DNA from: the human T2T-CHM13v2.0 reference genome, Homo sapiens
Direction: 5' to 3' (one strand)
DNA length: 64,000 nt
NCBI RefSeq assembly: GCF_009914755.1
Contig: NC_060928.1
Below the pieces are notes generated by a model. That model ran no database searches, had not been told where the DNA came from, and saw only the letters and a program-made list of their open reading frames with translations. The position numbers and the translations under genes were made by a program. Below are positions 40,093-53,020 of the stretch, in pieces. Positions within the stretch are counted from its first letter, which is position 1, and each line of letters opens with the position of its first letter.

Positions 40093-42320
40093 TAATGGTT
40101 GTGGGCACTTTGTAGAACATTTGGAAAATGCCAGAAGTCACACAGAGGAAAAACCGTTAAGGGTGGTTCTAAAAGGGCAAAGAAGCTATCTATACATTTT
40201 TAGGTAGATTTTTAAAAATCATAAACATAAACCCTGGTTTTTGTAAAAAGGATTCCTCAGAGCTACTATTTTGCCTATATTTTAAATCTATGGCCTTGAC
40301 TACTAAAGAGAGGGTTCACATAATTATGTCCATGGATGAAGGTGTGAGAGTCTGCTCAGCATGGCTCAGAAGTTGACAATTAGCAGTAAATCAAAGGTTT
40401 TGGACAGTCTAATGTTAACATCATCATTAAATTGAACAAGAAAATTACACTGATCAAATAAAAAAAAGAATACTTAAAACATTAAATCTTTGGGCTTTCC
40501 TGCAAATTATTACCTCAGAAGGCTATTTTTCAACTAATTGCCAGTACTCAAATGATTTTACTACTGTGTTATAATTCAGGATCTAGATTTAAAGTATTAA
40601 AGTAGCAGCTTATTTAAAAGAAACTGTGCTGTTTGTCCCATTTTCTTCATTTTGATCTTAGACTCTAAGTTTGAAATATCTTAGAACCTTTAGGAGGATA
40701 CTCTTCAAAAAGTAACTCTGACAACACTTCTTTGGAAGCAAATGGGTACTGGGCTTGGTGTATTCAAATGACGTTTCCCATAGGTCTTTAAAAACCAAGA
40801 GTCTGATTCTTCTATCATCATTGTTACTTGACATTGTTCGTTGAGTTCTGGACATGATGATAAGCTATAAAACAGAAATAAAGCATAATTAGTAGAAGAA
40901 GGAGACACAAATTATCACTTTCACTGTAATATTCAGATTTTCATCAATGAGGAAATTGAGCAACAAAGATATCAAGCAACTAAGACAAGTTTAATAGCCC
41001 ATTAGCATAAAAGCTGGGTTAATAGAGCTAAGATCAAGGAAAAGTGGTAGCAATTGACTTTTTGTGTGTGGTTTACAATAAGTAGAGATGATTGTCAGAA
41101 GAAATAATTTAAAGTCAAATCTTAAGGCATTTGTTCACTTACTTTTCATTTAATGAATATTCTTTTTAGTGCCAACTTGTGTAAGAAGAACCTGTGCTAT
41201 GCTCTGGGGAGGTCAAGCTGGTCTAGATAGATGCTGTCTTTCCCTGGTCTTATGTTGTCTTTGTTCTAGCAGGGTTGCAGATTTTTAACCCAAATCCATT
41301 ACTGTTGTGATAAATACTTCCAGAAAGTAACACAGGGTGCTAAAATAATACAGGTGAGAAGGACTTGACTCTCTTCAATGAATCAGAGTTAAAAAAAAAA
41401 AAAAACCCAGCATAGGACCTTAATCATTTGGGGAATATATGTTTTTTTTTGTTTTTGTATTTTTGCTTTATCCCTTTAAAATACAGAAAATGATACAATA
41501 TTGCATTTAGAAAAATTGGTGGTAAAGGCAAAAAATTATGCTATAAATTTTTAAACTATCATTGGGCAAAAAAAGTAAGAGAAAGTGTAATTAAAAGTAG
41601 AGTGCAGATTTATGTGTTTTTTTACGCAAATGGAGGTTTGCTTTTTTCATTATCAGCCCTCTGAGGAATCATCTCTTGAGCCACGAGCCTTATAGAGCGT
41701 GTAGGCTGCAGGGCTCAAGTCACATGCTGAATCTTGACATTCCTGCACAAGCCATCAATGACAACACATTGACCTCAGATGACACTTCACAGCACACAGC
41801 ACAAATCCCTCTTCAGCTTCTACTGGTGATGCTCCTTGGGCAAGAGGTGGACTTGTTTGAGAAATCAGATAAGATGGATGGCAGTTTGCTCAGATTCCAA
41901 CTGCTTGAACACTGTCACTGAGGTCAGATGTTTGGATGCTTGAGCAAAGACATACTGGCCAAATCTGAAAAAAATCCAGAATAAATCTGTATGTCATGAC
42001 ACCAAAGCATCCCTTACTTTCCTTATACAGAAAAATAAATGCTACTAATGTGGATATCAAGGTTTAGGTACCTGCGAGCATTAGTTAAAACACATTGCAA
42101 AATTCATAGTGAATATTATCATGCTGTGAAGCAGCCATTCAGCAAAGTGCTAGTGGCATGCTATTTTTAAAAGACATTTTAATAGCAGCTTTCTCCCAGA
42201 AAAAAACCTTCACGTAAATGAGAGAAAAATGTGAGTTTCAGAAAATAGAATATTTATGCACTCAATTTGTTTAAATGGCTGAATAGCTAAATTTGACAGA
42301 ACTGGCCGATTGGTTTATGT

Positions 42321-42339
42321 AAGTCACTAGATGGCAGTA
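42321..42339 (+). promoter_or_regulatory. Candidate CTCF site
   Basis: AAGTCACTAGATGGCAGTA matches the CTCF core (C)CACYAGRKGGCRS in unique sequence. ATTGG (CCAAT box) at 42309-42313. Confidence 0.5.
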
Positions 42340-42715
42340 CCAACTAGTTAGTATGATATAGTTTAGATTTGCTTCTTAAATACCAAAGCAAGAACAGATA
42401 ATAGGAAAAAAGTTAATTCAGCACACTCTAGCATGGAGAGACAGTCTTTTACTTGGCATGGAGAGACAGTCTTCTAGAGGTAATACTGTCACAGTGACAA
42501 GGTCTCAGAGTTATGGAAGTGCTAGAAATTTCCAAATTTGCTCCAACGTTAAGTCTTGGCAGACAGAATAATATTTATTATTTCTTTGATGTGTTGTGGT
42601 TTATAACGGGCTTTCAGAAACATTTTTCTCATTTGATTTTCACATCAGCCTTGGGATTTAGGTAAGGTTGGTAAGAATATCTTCATTTTACCAAAAGGTT
42701 ACATTCTGTTTAGGT

Positions 42716-43437
42716 CAGTGGTTCTAAGACACTGGGAGCTGTTTGGGAAATAGAGGCAATTTTGGTTGTCATAGTGAAACAGTAGGGGTGGGTAGATTCC
42801 CAGCACATAGTGGGTGGGTGCCAGGTATGAAAGACATCTTCAATATGCAGGAAAATCCCACACAATAAGCTTAACCCACGTTGAACATGACTTTTGAAGT
42901 CTTCCCAGACATTCATGTTTATAGTCTGTAAGGGTTTTATAATTACCCAACTTTAGAACCGAACTCAATTTTATATGGAAAGTAGTTATGCAATTTTAAT
43001 ATATGATAACTTTTCCAGGAATTTGACTGCCATGTAAATCTAAAGTAACACGCACTTTGTCTTTTTCTAAATTCTTGCAGATTTTTTGTTCATTCTGAAA
43101 ATCACATCGCCAGATCCAACACCTTTTTATCCCAATCACCAGTACAAGCCACCCGTATCAGTGTACACTGTGGCTGACCGATCCATAGTGATGCTTTGAG
43201 GTAAGCATCTGACCACTTAATATGTCTTCTAGTGTTCATATCAAAATAGATATTATTTTACTATGAATTGCCTAATTTAATATTTTTATTTAGATTACAA
43301 TTAGGATATGACATTGATTTATTGAAATAATGACTTTAAGAAGGCTATACTCTATGAATTCTAGGATAATGAAGGGAGACCTTAGAAAATATTTGTTCTA
43401 AAAGGGGATTGAATGTTTAGTGAAGTAAATAACTGTC
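42716..43437 (+). mobile_element. MER20B-like hAT-Charlie element
   Basis: CAGTGGTTCT start, tttggttgtcatagtg and atgcaggaaaatcccacacaa MER20-like motifs, degenerate end aataactg. Confidence 0.65.
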
Positions 43438-43769
43438 GAGTTAGAATATACATTTAGGTAACATCATGTACTAATTGTATATTACACCTTCAGGCTATTT
43501 CATTGTGGTATCAGAGCACCTAGAGCTCCTGGTAACATATAAAGAATTCACGTACACTCTGTGCCTTCCTTGACAGAAATCCCACTGCTGTGTCTTTTCC
43601 TTCTCCATTGCATTTAGAATGTGATTTGCATTTCATTATAGAAGGAACTGCTTAAATATTTTTGTGACCTAGAAAAATAACTTAGTTAGTTTTCCAAAAT
43701 GCAGCCCTCTTTTAATTGAGAAATATCTATCAAAAGAAGCTGGCTGTATCTATTTTCTTCTGAACCAGA

Positions 43770-44010
43770 TCAAGTCAGTTCAACAGTTACTGAATGCCTA
43801 CAGCGAGCCAGGTGCATTTTGGGTGCTAGTGATGAGAAGGTGAATGGGAGGCCTTTGAGCAGCCCATGATCCTGCCAAGAAAAGAGGCAGGAAAAAATCA
43901 GACAGTAACAAAATGTGATAAGGGCAATATTAACAGTGAGCAAAATGCTAGGGAACACAGAGGCCAGAGTGATTAATTCTGCCTAGGGAGGAAGCTTCAC
44001 TGAACTGCCA
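43770..44010 (-). mobile_element. L2 3' fragment
   Basis: ttactgaatgcctacagcgagccaggtgcattttgggtgct...gggaacacagagg. Confidence 0.7.
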
Positions 44011-44337
44011 ACATAAAAGAGATGGAAATAAAAATCAATGCTCTGATTTTTCTGAAGGCCTTTTATTCTGCCTTCAAGAAATATAGGGAAAGGCAATGCT
44101 CAGAAAACAAATACTATAAGACTTAAAAAAAGACCTCTAGTGACTTATGGAGTGAGAATCACCCAGTTTGGACGCTGCCTCTAGGTAATTAAGTACACAT
44201 TGGAAACTATATTAACTGTAGTGGGACCTGTGACTTGAAATCCTTAGTGGTTTCTCAGAGAGCGGATGTCTGCATCACATTCATGATATTGAACCGAATA
44301 CTACCTGTGCCATTGGGTCCAGTTCTATAAGCTAGAT

Positions 44338-44540
44338 TAGTGGTATGCTGGTGCATATTTAATAACTGGATCCCCTATAAACATAATCCTTGATTAGTAG
44401 CATTTGCTAATTTCTGTGGTGTAGATAATCTTCTCATGGTCGATTTCAAGTTACAAACATGATGTTATCAAATGGAGGGTTAGGAAGTGTTGTTCACAGT
44501 TGGCTCTCATAAATAAGTACAAACAGGTCTGAGCTGGTAG
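44338..44540 (+). mobile_element. MER63A-like hAT-Blackjack element
   Basis: agtggtatgctggt...gtagcatttgctaatttctgtggtgta...catggtcgatttcaagttac. Confidence 0.75.
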
Positions 44541-44689
44541 GAGCTCTAGAATCCAATACTTATACTCATGACATAAAAGAAAACAATCAGCAATTCTGAT
44601 TCTGACTTTGTCTCTAACAAACTGTGAATAAACTTTTATCATTAGCAATTTGTGTTAAGGCAGTCATTTAACTCTGACATTTTAGTTTG

Positions 44690-44835
44690 CTTAGAATTTA
44701 TTGAGCACTTTACACTAGGGGGTATGTCAAATACTTTACCCACATTCTTTTGTATCCCCCTTACAGCTCTGGTAGATGTGATTATGCCCATTTTACAGAT
44801 GACAAACTGAAGTTCAGTCTTTAAGTGATTTTTCT
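44690..44835 (-). mobile_element. MIR
   Basis: cccattttacagatgacaaactgaag core. Confidence 0.75.
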
Positions 44836-46736
44836 TGATGCAGTAATGAGTATGAAAACTATGAAGCTCTGTAGAACTTGAAGAACTACTATATTGTCAG
44901 AATAAATTAAAATGCTCATGCTTCATTCCATCTTTTTGAGCTGTTTGAAGATTTTGTTTTAGGAAAGTTATTTGCTGCATATCACTCTTCAATTCTATAT
45001 CCATTTACATTTTCTCTGTTAGTTCTACCATTTCATAGAAATCCAGGAAATGTTGTCTCAAAACCAGTTTGTTGGAATATGATTGCCTTTATTGGCAATA
45101 TTCTGAAAAGTTTAATTTTTATGAAAAAAATTAACTTGTTTTTACCTAGGAAACTATCCCCAGAAGCTGTTCAACTGGGACTGGCATTTTCCAGTCCCTT
45201 GCCCCAGTGCTTATCCCTGAGGTGACACAATCAGGGCCTGATCAAATATCTTACACAAAGATTGAGACACTCCATAGGTGATAGATTAGGGAAAAGTAAT
45301 TTTTCTCTGCTCCAAGAAAGCAGGGATTTGTCCCCCTCCTTGGAAAAGTCATAGGCCCAAAACCTAACTCCAATGTTTGACATGTAAATAAAATCTCTCC
45401 AGGTGTCATGTCAGATAATCCCCAGTGCCTCTGCTTTTGCAGTCTATAAAAGTCTCCAAGTTCCTAGTGCCTCATTCCTCCTTCAAATGTAAATACTAGA
45501 GAGACGGCAGGCAGTCATCCTGACACTCTGGGGTTTAACTTAGGAACCTAGTCTGGGCTGTATCTGAGCAGTTAACTGGACAAATGGTGACAGCTCTAAT
45601 TCTCATGGTCTGTGAGAAACCCCAGCAAGGCAGGTTTCCTTACAGGAATCCTGAGAAATCCATTGTAGTCTCATCCCCTCACAGTGCTGCCGGTGAATAC
45701 TGGCTTCCAGCAACAGTCTCAGACATTGCTACTGTGCTTTATTGATGACAACTACACATACAAGTTTTAGCTAGGGTGTTCAGGAAAGTGTGAAGAGTAA
45801 TTTGTTTCCTGCTCATGTTACATTCACTGTTCAGAATTTGATAGGATCAATGCAAGGGCATGTCTCCTTTAGAACTCTTTAGGTAGTAATCACAACATCC
45901 CCAGAATGTGATCTCTCTAAATGTTGGTTGCAAGCTTCCCCTCTTCACACAACCTACCAGTGGGGAAAATAGGCAAAGGCTCTGTGGGTTGAAAAAGAAG
46001 AATTATCCTATTCATATAAGAAGTGTTTATATTATTGTTGGTATGGCTTAAGGCTGACTGAGGAGAGTACAATGGCACCACACTGATTATGAGAAAGACA
46101 GAACATAAATCAGAAGGGAGGACATAGATGTGGCCACATCTGGAGGACTGCCTGATGCATGGCATGAAGCCTTCAGAGAGGATGGGGTGACTGCTCTGGG
46201 TGCCAGCGATAAGGGGGTTCACAGAGTAAAGGACATCTACTGCTACAACCATGGTTCTTGGGAGCTATAAACTAGGAAGTGAACCTATAGTCATCAGCAG
46301 CTGAAATATGGAAGGGTGAGAAACAATCTATGGACCCACATATGTGGCTCAAGCCTGAAGAGCATGGTGGACTTTCGGTAGCTTAGAGCCCTGAAGTTGT
46401 CCTTTGTGTGCTGTTAGTGAGAATCACTCAATATGGGCACATTAGCACCAAACTGGCAGCCCAGTACTATGAACAAATTCTCATGCTGGTCAGTGTGAGT
46501 AATCGTTTCACCAGGTCACTCTTCTAAAACTGGGCCAAGAGACTGCCAGATAACTCCATAGTGGACCTCATGCATCACAGTGGCAGTGGTGGTTGTGGTG
46601 GTGGGAGAGTTGGACAATACCCTGAAAGGGAAAAAGGGGACCAGTAACAAGGGTCCTGGTCTGAATCAGGACACCTTATCCCAAAGGTACTTCTGGCCCT
46701 GGGTGACCCCAGGAGTTGGAAAGGGACTCTCTCAAG

Positions 46737-49010
46737 GTGAGGAAGTTTCTTTTTATCCTAAATTATTGAGTGTTTTCATTATAAAGGGATGTTGAATTTT
46801 GTCAGATGCTTTTTCTGCATCAATTGAGATAAACGTGGTTTTTGTCCTTTATTCTACTGAAATGGTATATTACACTAATTGATTTTTGGATATTAAAAAA
46901 ACGTTTCACACCTGAGATAAATATCACTTGTTCACGATTTATAATCTTTTCCATATGTTTCTGAATTTAGTTTGTGTGGTAGTCCATTCTCACATTGCTA
47001 TAAAGAAATACCTGAGACTGGGTAATTTATAAAGAAAAGAGGTTTAATTGTCTCACAGTTCTGCAGACTGTACAGGAAGCATAGCGGCTTCTGGGGAGGC
47101 CTCAGGAAACTTTCCATCATGGTGAAAGGTGAAGAGGAAGCAGGCACATTTTACATGGCAGGAGCAAGAGAAAGAAAGAGAGGGGGGGAGGTGATACACA
47201 CTTTTAAATGACCAGATCTCATGATAACTCATTCTCACCACACCACCACCTAGGGGGATGATGTTAAACCATGAGAAACAACCCCCACTATCTAATCACC
47301 TTCCATCAGGCTCCTCCTCCATCACTGGGGATTACAATTTGACATGAGATTTGGGTGGGGACACAGATACAAACCATGTCAGTTTGCTAGTATTTTGTTG
47401 AGGATTTTGCATCTACATTCATAAAAGATACCGATTTATATTTTTTGTGATGCATTTTGTATTGATATAAGGCAAATGTTAGCATTATAGAATGGGTGGG
47501 ATGTGTTACCTCCTCTTTTGTTGTTTGGAAGAGTTTGTGAAGAATTCTTATATAATTGGTAGAATTCAACAATGAAGCCATCTGGATCTGGGCTTCTCTT
47601 TGTGCAAAGTTTTATTTTTTTCATTACTAATTCAATCTCTTTACTTGCTATAGTTTGATCAATTTTTAAAAATTTCTTCTTTAGATATTTTTGGTAATTG
47701 GTATTTTTCTCAGAATTTATCTATTTAATCTAGATTATCTAATCTGATGGCTTACAATAGTTCATAGTATCTTTGTTTACAATTTTTTTTTCTTTTAAAT
47801 TTCTGTAAGGTATAATTTTCATTCCTGATTTTGGTAATTTGAATCTTTTTTTTCTTTTTTCAGTCAAACTAGTTAAAAGTTTGTTAATTTTGTTGCTCTT
47901 TTCAAAGAAACAACTTTCAGTTTGTTGTTTTTTATTATTTTTCTAATTTATGTTTAATTAATTTCCACTCCAATCTCTACTCTTTCTTTTCTTTTACTTG
48001 CACTAAGTATAGTTCACTGTTTTTTTTCCAGTCTATTAAAGTGGAATGTTAGTATATTGACTTGAAATTTTTCTTCTTTTTGAACATAGACATTTACAGC
48101 TACAAATTTCTCTCTAAGCATTGTTTAAACTGCATCACATAACTTTTGTCATATTGTATATTAATTTGTATTCATCTCAAATTATTTTCTGATTTTCCTT
48201 GGGGTTTCTTCTTTTACCTATTGGTTATTTAGGAGTGTGTTGATTAATTTCCACATATCTGTGAATTCTCAAAATTTTTTGTACTATTAATTTCTAAAGT
48301 CATTCAATTGCTGTCAGAGAACATATTTGTATATTTTCAATCATTTTAAATTTATTAGGGCTTGTTTTGGGGCCTAACATATAGTCTATTCTGGAGAATA
48401 TTCCATGTGCACTTGAGACGAACAATATTTTCCTGTTGTTGGGTGGAGTGTTCTATAGATGTCTTTTAGGTCTAGTTGGTTTACAGTATTTCCAAATATT
48501 TTATTTTCTTATTGATCTTCTGCCTGGTTGTTCTATTCATTATTGAAAGTGGGCATTGAAGTGTCCAACTACCATTCTTTAAATGCCCATTTCTTTTTTC
48601 AATTCTGGTTTTGCTTCATGCATTTTGGTGCTCTGTTGTTAGTTGTATGCATGTTTATAATTCTTTTATCTTCCTGATGTATTGAACTCCTTGCATCATA
48701 AAATGTCTCTCATCTCACAGCTGTGGGTGTAGAAAAAATAAGACTCTCTTTATCTATAGTATCAATTCTTTTTGTTGTTGTTTAAAAACCTATTTTGTCA
48801 GATATTAGAATAAACCTTCCAGCCTTATTTGGTTGTTGGTTGAATTTTTGACATCCTTTCATTTTCAACCTATTTGTATCTTTGAATCAAAAATATTTCT
48901 CTTATAGACAGCATATAGTTGGATCTTGCTTTTTTATCTACCCTGATAATTTCAGACTTTGCTTTGCATTATTTAACGCAGTCACACTTAATGTTATTAT
49001 TGATATAGTT
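46737..49010 (-). mobile_element. Old L1M ORF2 fragment (EN to RT region), split by an MSTA LTR
   Basis: ggatgttgaattttgtcagatgctttttctgcatc; gtattttgttgaggattttgcatct; ctggagaatattccatgtgcacttgag. Confidence 0.88.
46975..47381 (-). mobile_element. MSTA-like MaLR solo LTR
   Basis: cattgctataaagaaatacctgagactgggtaatttataaagaaaagagg. 5-bp TSD GTTTG (46970-46974 and 47382-47386). Confidence 0.92.
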
Positions 49011-50069
49011 GGGCCCACAGAAGTTGGGAGACAGTAAACAAGGGAAGTTTCTCTGGTAATAAGCACAGATGATTTACAATTGGAATGGCCTCCCCAAATG
49101 TCTTGCTAACAGATAAGACCAGGAGAGTCAGATCATTACACTAAAATGACTGAGGTTGAATTTCAAGACAGCCTGGCCAGGTGAAGTTTTTAATTGAGAT
49201 TATATGATGAGCTTTCTGAGCACTATGAGTTCATACTCTCTGTGGAACTTCACTCATATGTGTAGCTATCCTTGCAGTTTGACATTCTGAAATGACCCAG
49301 GTTCAAACTTAGAAAGTAATCCCAAGCCTTAGGAAACCAGACCTTGACTTGTACCAAGGAAATTGTCAAAATCTCTTGCAGTTTCAGGTATCACTACTAG
49401 AGGCTTCTCAAAGAAGAAGCTTCATTCTTTAGGTGGGACTTGGTCTTCTAAACCCCTGATGACTGAACATACACAATACTCACTTTGGTTAGATGAGATA
49501 AAATAGAAGTGTTGGCTGATATTTGGGAAGAGTAAAAGAGAAAGAAGAAATAAAAGAGGAAGGTGAGAAAATGTGAATAAGAAACTATATGTATACTTTG
49601 AGTTTTAAACTCCACACATAACAGATTCTGTTATCTCCATAACGTCCCTGCCCTCTTGGTGTATTTGTCTTTGCTCCTCCTTACGTCTTTGGAAAGGGTT
49701 AGTAGAGGAATTCTGAACTCTCAGGGTTGTAATGCAAAAAGTGTTTCACCCTATCATTTAGTGGACTATGAACAAATGTAACCTGAATTCAGGTATATTG
49801 TTTTATTCACTGACATATCTGCAGTACTCAACACATTTCCAGGCATATGGTAAGTACTACAAAAATTCATTGAATGAATCAGTAAGCCATATCTTCTTTC
49901 TCCAGGTAGCCGCAATAGGAGGACAAGACTATGAACTAGCACCCTTTGTAAGGGGAGGAATAATTGAAATATGGGGTGGTAAGAAGTAACCTAATACATT
50001 TTTCTAAGGCACCAGGGAAATGAGTTCGATGATATGCCTCTCCTCCACTTTTTCTCATAGACTTTGGTG

Positions 50070-50260
50070 AAAAGTGAGGCTCTCCTGGGTTCCAGCCGTG
50101 GTCTTTTCACTTGCTAGCTTTGTGACTCTGAGCTCTCTGGACTTCAGTTTCTTCTGTAATAAAATTGTGAAAATAGTACTCTTGTAAAAATCAGGTAAAA
50201 TGGTGCCTTTGAATATATATTGTAAGCTAAAAAATATTATGTAGTGCTAATGTGATATTA
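50070..50260 (+). mobile_element. MIR
   Basis: cctgggttc..cacttgctagctttgtgact..ctctctggacttcagtttc. Confidence 0.6.
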
Positions 50261-50571
50261 TCACAAATGTAGTGCTTCTCTATCTACCGTTTAAATAAAA
50301 GAGCTGATAAAACAAAATCCCTTTACAAGGATCTAAATATCTATTTTTACTGTACTTAGACACACACACAAACACGTACACACCGTTCATATCTCCGAAA
50401 ACATTAAATTAAATTTTTTTCCATATGGCTCACAACATCTGGTGATTAACAGTTAAATAAAATTAATGAGGCCTTCCATTTTTATTAGTCACATAGTCAC
50501 CCACTGGTAGCAGTAGCTTTTTAAAAAAGATCTATGTTTTCTAATTCCTTTAAGTTACAAGTTGGCCTGGC

Positions 50572-50634
50572 TGACCTGACTTTGAACTATGCTCCTTTGT
50601 AGACGAGGGAAATGTATTTAACTTGCTATAAAAG
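50572..50634. promoter_or_regulatory. Candidate DR5 nuclear-receptor element plus TATA box
   Basis: TGACCT-GACTT-TGAACT at 50572-50588 (minus strand AGTTCA-n5-AGGTCA). TATAAAAG at 50627-50634. Confidence 0.35.
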
Positions 50635-51759
50635 AGCTAAACTTGCATCCTTCCCTCCTGTGTTTGCTGTAAATCAGAGGACTGTCTGCTTTGTGTTTAC
50701 TTCTTTTTATTTCTTTTATGTTTATAATACTAAGTATTCTAATTTTGTGTGGCGTGTGTGTCTGTGTGTGTGTGTTATGTATGACAAGCTTGTTGTACGG
50801 TTCATGCTAATGACTTTCTTAGCCGTGGGGCATTTTATTGCGGTAACATCATGCTGAAATTGAGAAATAATTTATACTCCACCATGCCCTGGCAACATCC
50901 ATTGCTACTAATATGGAAATAGTGTGGAATTGGACATTTTCTTGTGTCATATTGCTTAATAAATTATAAACATTATCCTATCAGATCTAACAGTGGTATA
51001 TAAATGACAAAATAAATGACCATTTGCAATATCAGGTGACTTATGGTTCACCATGAATATTTATTATGATTTAATATGAATACTGAATATCCAGTATTAA
51101 AGGTTGTATATTTCATTACCAGTAAAATTAAAGGTGCTTTGGTGATTTTAACATTTAAAAGTCATAGAGTTTAATAGCCTCACTAGACTGAATCTTCATA
51201 TTCTGAATGACTGATTTTAAAACTTCATAGGTTTCAAGAGGTGACTAGCAAACTCATTTCAACTGCATGAAACTACAAAGAAAATGAATCCTTAGACACC
51301 ATCAGACTATTTATCAAAGCAGATGAATAAGAACATTTTCACACTCACTAGTCCAAATGAAATAATTGCTGAATAAATATGTTTTATCTTAATACAGCAC
51401 TTTAAAATATTATATTGATTATTTTCCCTACTTTTACAATTCTTCCTTCTCCATTTAAATGTTATTTAATGATTACCAGCATCCAATGAGAAAACATTGG
51501 CCCTGAGGAGATAAGCAACTTATTCAAGGTTATGTATCTGGGTGGTAGCACTCTGAAATTTAGCTTTCTAGATGCCTTTCATATGCATGCTGTACTTCCA
51601 TTGCATTGAAAGAAGAAATAGAGTTGTCAATGTTGCAAGTCTCTTAGACCTGGGAATTTGATCAATTTTTAAGTTACTTATATGTGTTCATGAGATGCTT
51701 CATATAATCATAATAAACAACTAAAAAGTCCTTACAGCTAAAAAACAACTAAAAATACT

Positions 51760-51950
51760 TTTTATGTTTAATATTTCCTAAATTCTTAGAACCACTCTAT
51801 AAAGTAGATATTGATACTCTCATTTTTCTGATGAGGAAAGTTTAACTCAGAGCAGTTTAATAAATTGTTTATATTCAGGCAGCAAGTAAATAGTAGTGCT
51901 ATGACTCAATCATAGGATCAGATCATTGGTTACAGATGTGGCACTCTACT
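51760..51950 (-). mobile_element. MIR
   Basis: ctcatttttctgatgaggaaag..actcagagcagtttaataa. Confidence 0.6.
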
Positions 51951-52504
51951 GCATCATTTTTGCCTTTTAATCCAGTGCCATTAATCCATTTAGTGTTCAT
52001 ATTTACCTTGGGAGACTATAAAAATAATTTGAGTCTCTTGCCATATGTCCTTGATTCTTGAGTTAGACCTGTTGGTCAAGAGTTCTAGGGAATAGAAGTA
52101 TCTACGGAAGTATAAAAATTCATCCTGGGTTGCGGAGTGTATACTTTGACTGAAGCTGCAGAAAAAGCTGAGGGAATTGCAAGGAAGTGATGCTTGGTGA
52201 TTGTCCACATTTGCTTTCTTAAATTGTAAAGATGGAATATGGTAGTGAAAAGAGCTGTGTAAGCTACAAATGGCAACTGGGGCTTTTTGCAATGATACAG
52301 TTAGGCATAGGAAGGCAGAGGGGGAGGGTGAATGTTAAGATTAACTTGTGGCAGAAATGGGAGTAGAAAATTTATGTTCTGCCTCCTTTAAAAAGAATTT
52401 TAAAGAGAAAACAATTCTGCATCTATATTATTGTTCACTGGAATTTGAGTGCCAGAAATTATGGGTTGGGTCATCAGCCAAGGATGAGATGATTTGAGGG
52501 CTGG

Positions 52505-53020
52505 TGTTTCTGCAATCTATCCAGTGGATCACAAGCTACCATAACATTTAGAGGCTTTAAACAAAACGTTTACTTATTTAAAAGTTTCTGTGGGTCAAGA
52601 ATTCTGCTGCAATTTAATGGGTAGTTCTAGTTCAGGTTCTCCAATGAGGCTGCAGTTGAAATGCTGGCTGGAGCTGCAGTCATATCAAGGCTTGACTAAG
52701 GATGGAGGATCTCCAACATGGCTCACTTACATGGTTGTTGGCTGGAGGCCTCAATTTCTTGCTATATGAGCCTTGCCATAGAGCTACATGAGTATTCTCA
52801 TGACAGGGTAGTTGGTTTCCCCAGCATAGAGATCTAAGAATGATGTCCAGGAAGAGGCTGCAGTGCCTTTTATTACCTGGTTTGAGAAATCAGGCACTGT
52901 CACTCCTACTTCATTTGATGCTTTAGAAGCCTGGTCCATACACAAGGGGAGGGGAATTAGGCTTTACTTTTTGAAGGGAAGATGGAAAAGGAATTTGTAG
53001 ACATATTTTCAACCACTGCA
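52505..53020 (-). mobile_element. MLT1F-like MaLR solo LTR
   Basis: tctgtgggtcaagaatt, ggagctgcagtcat..aaggcttgact, catggctcact, ending gaatttgtagacatattttcaaccactgca. Confidence 0.8.

Noticed and set aside
45917-46252. 111-aa minus-strand ORF
   Set aside because: No recognisable homology or splice context; the length is within chance expectation for this composition.
51715-51752. aaacaactaaaaa duplicated
   Set aside because: A-rich low complexity, so likely trivial slippage.
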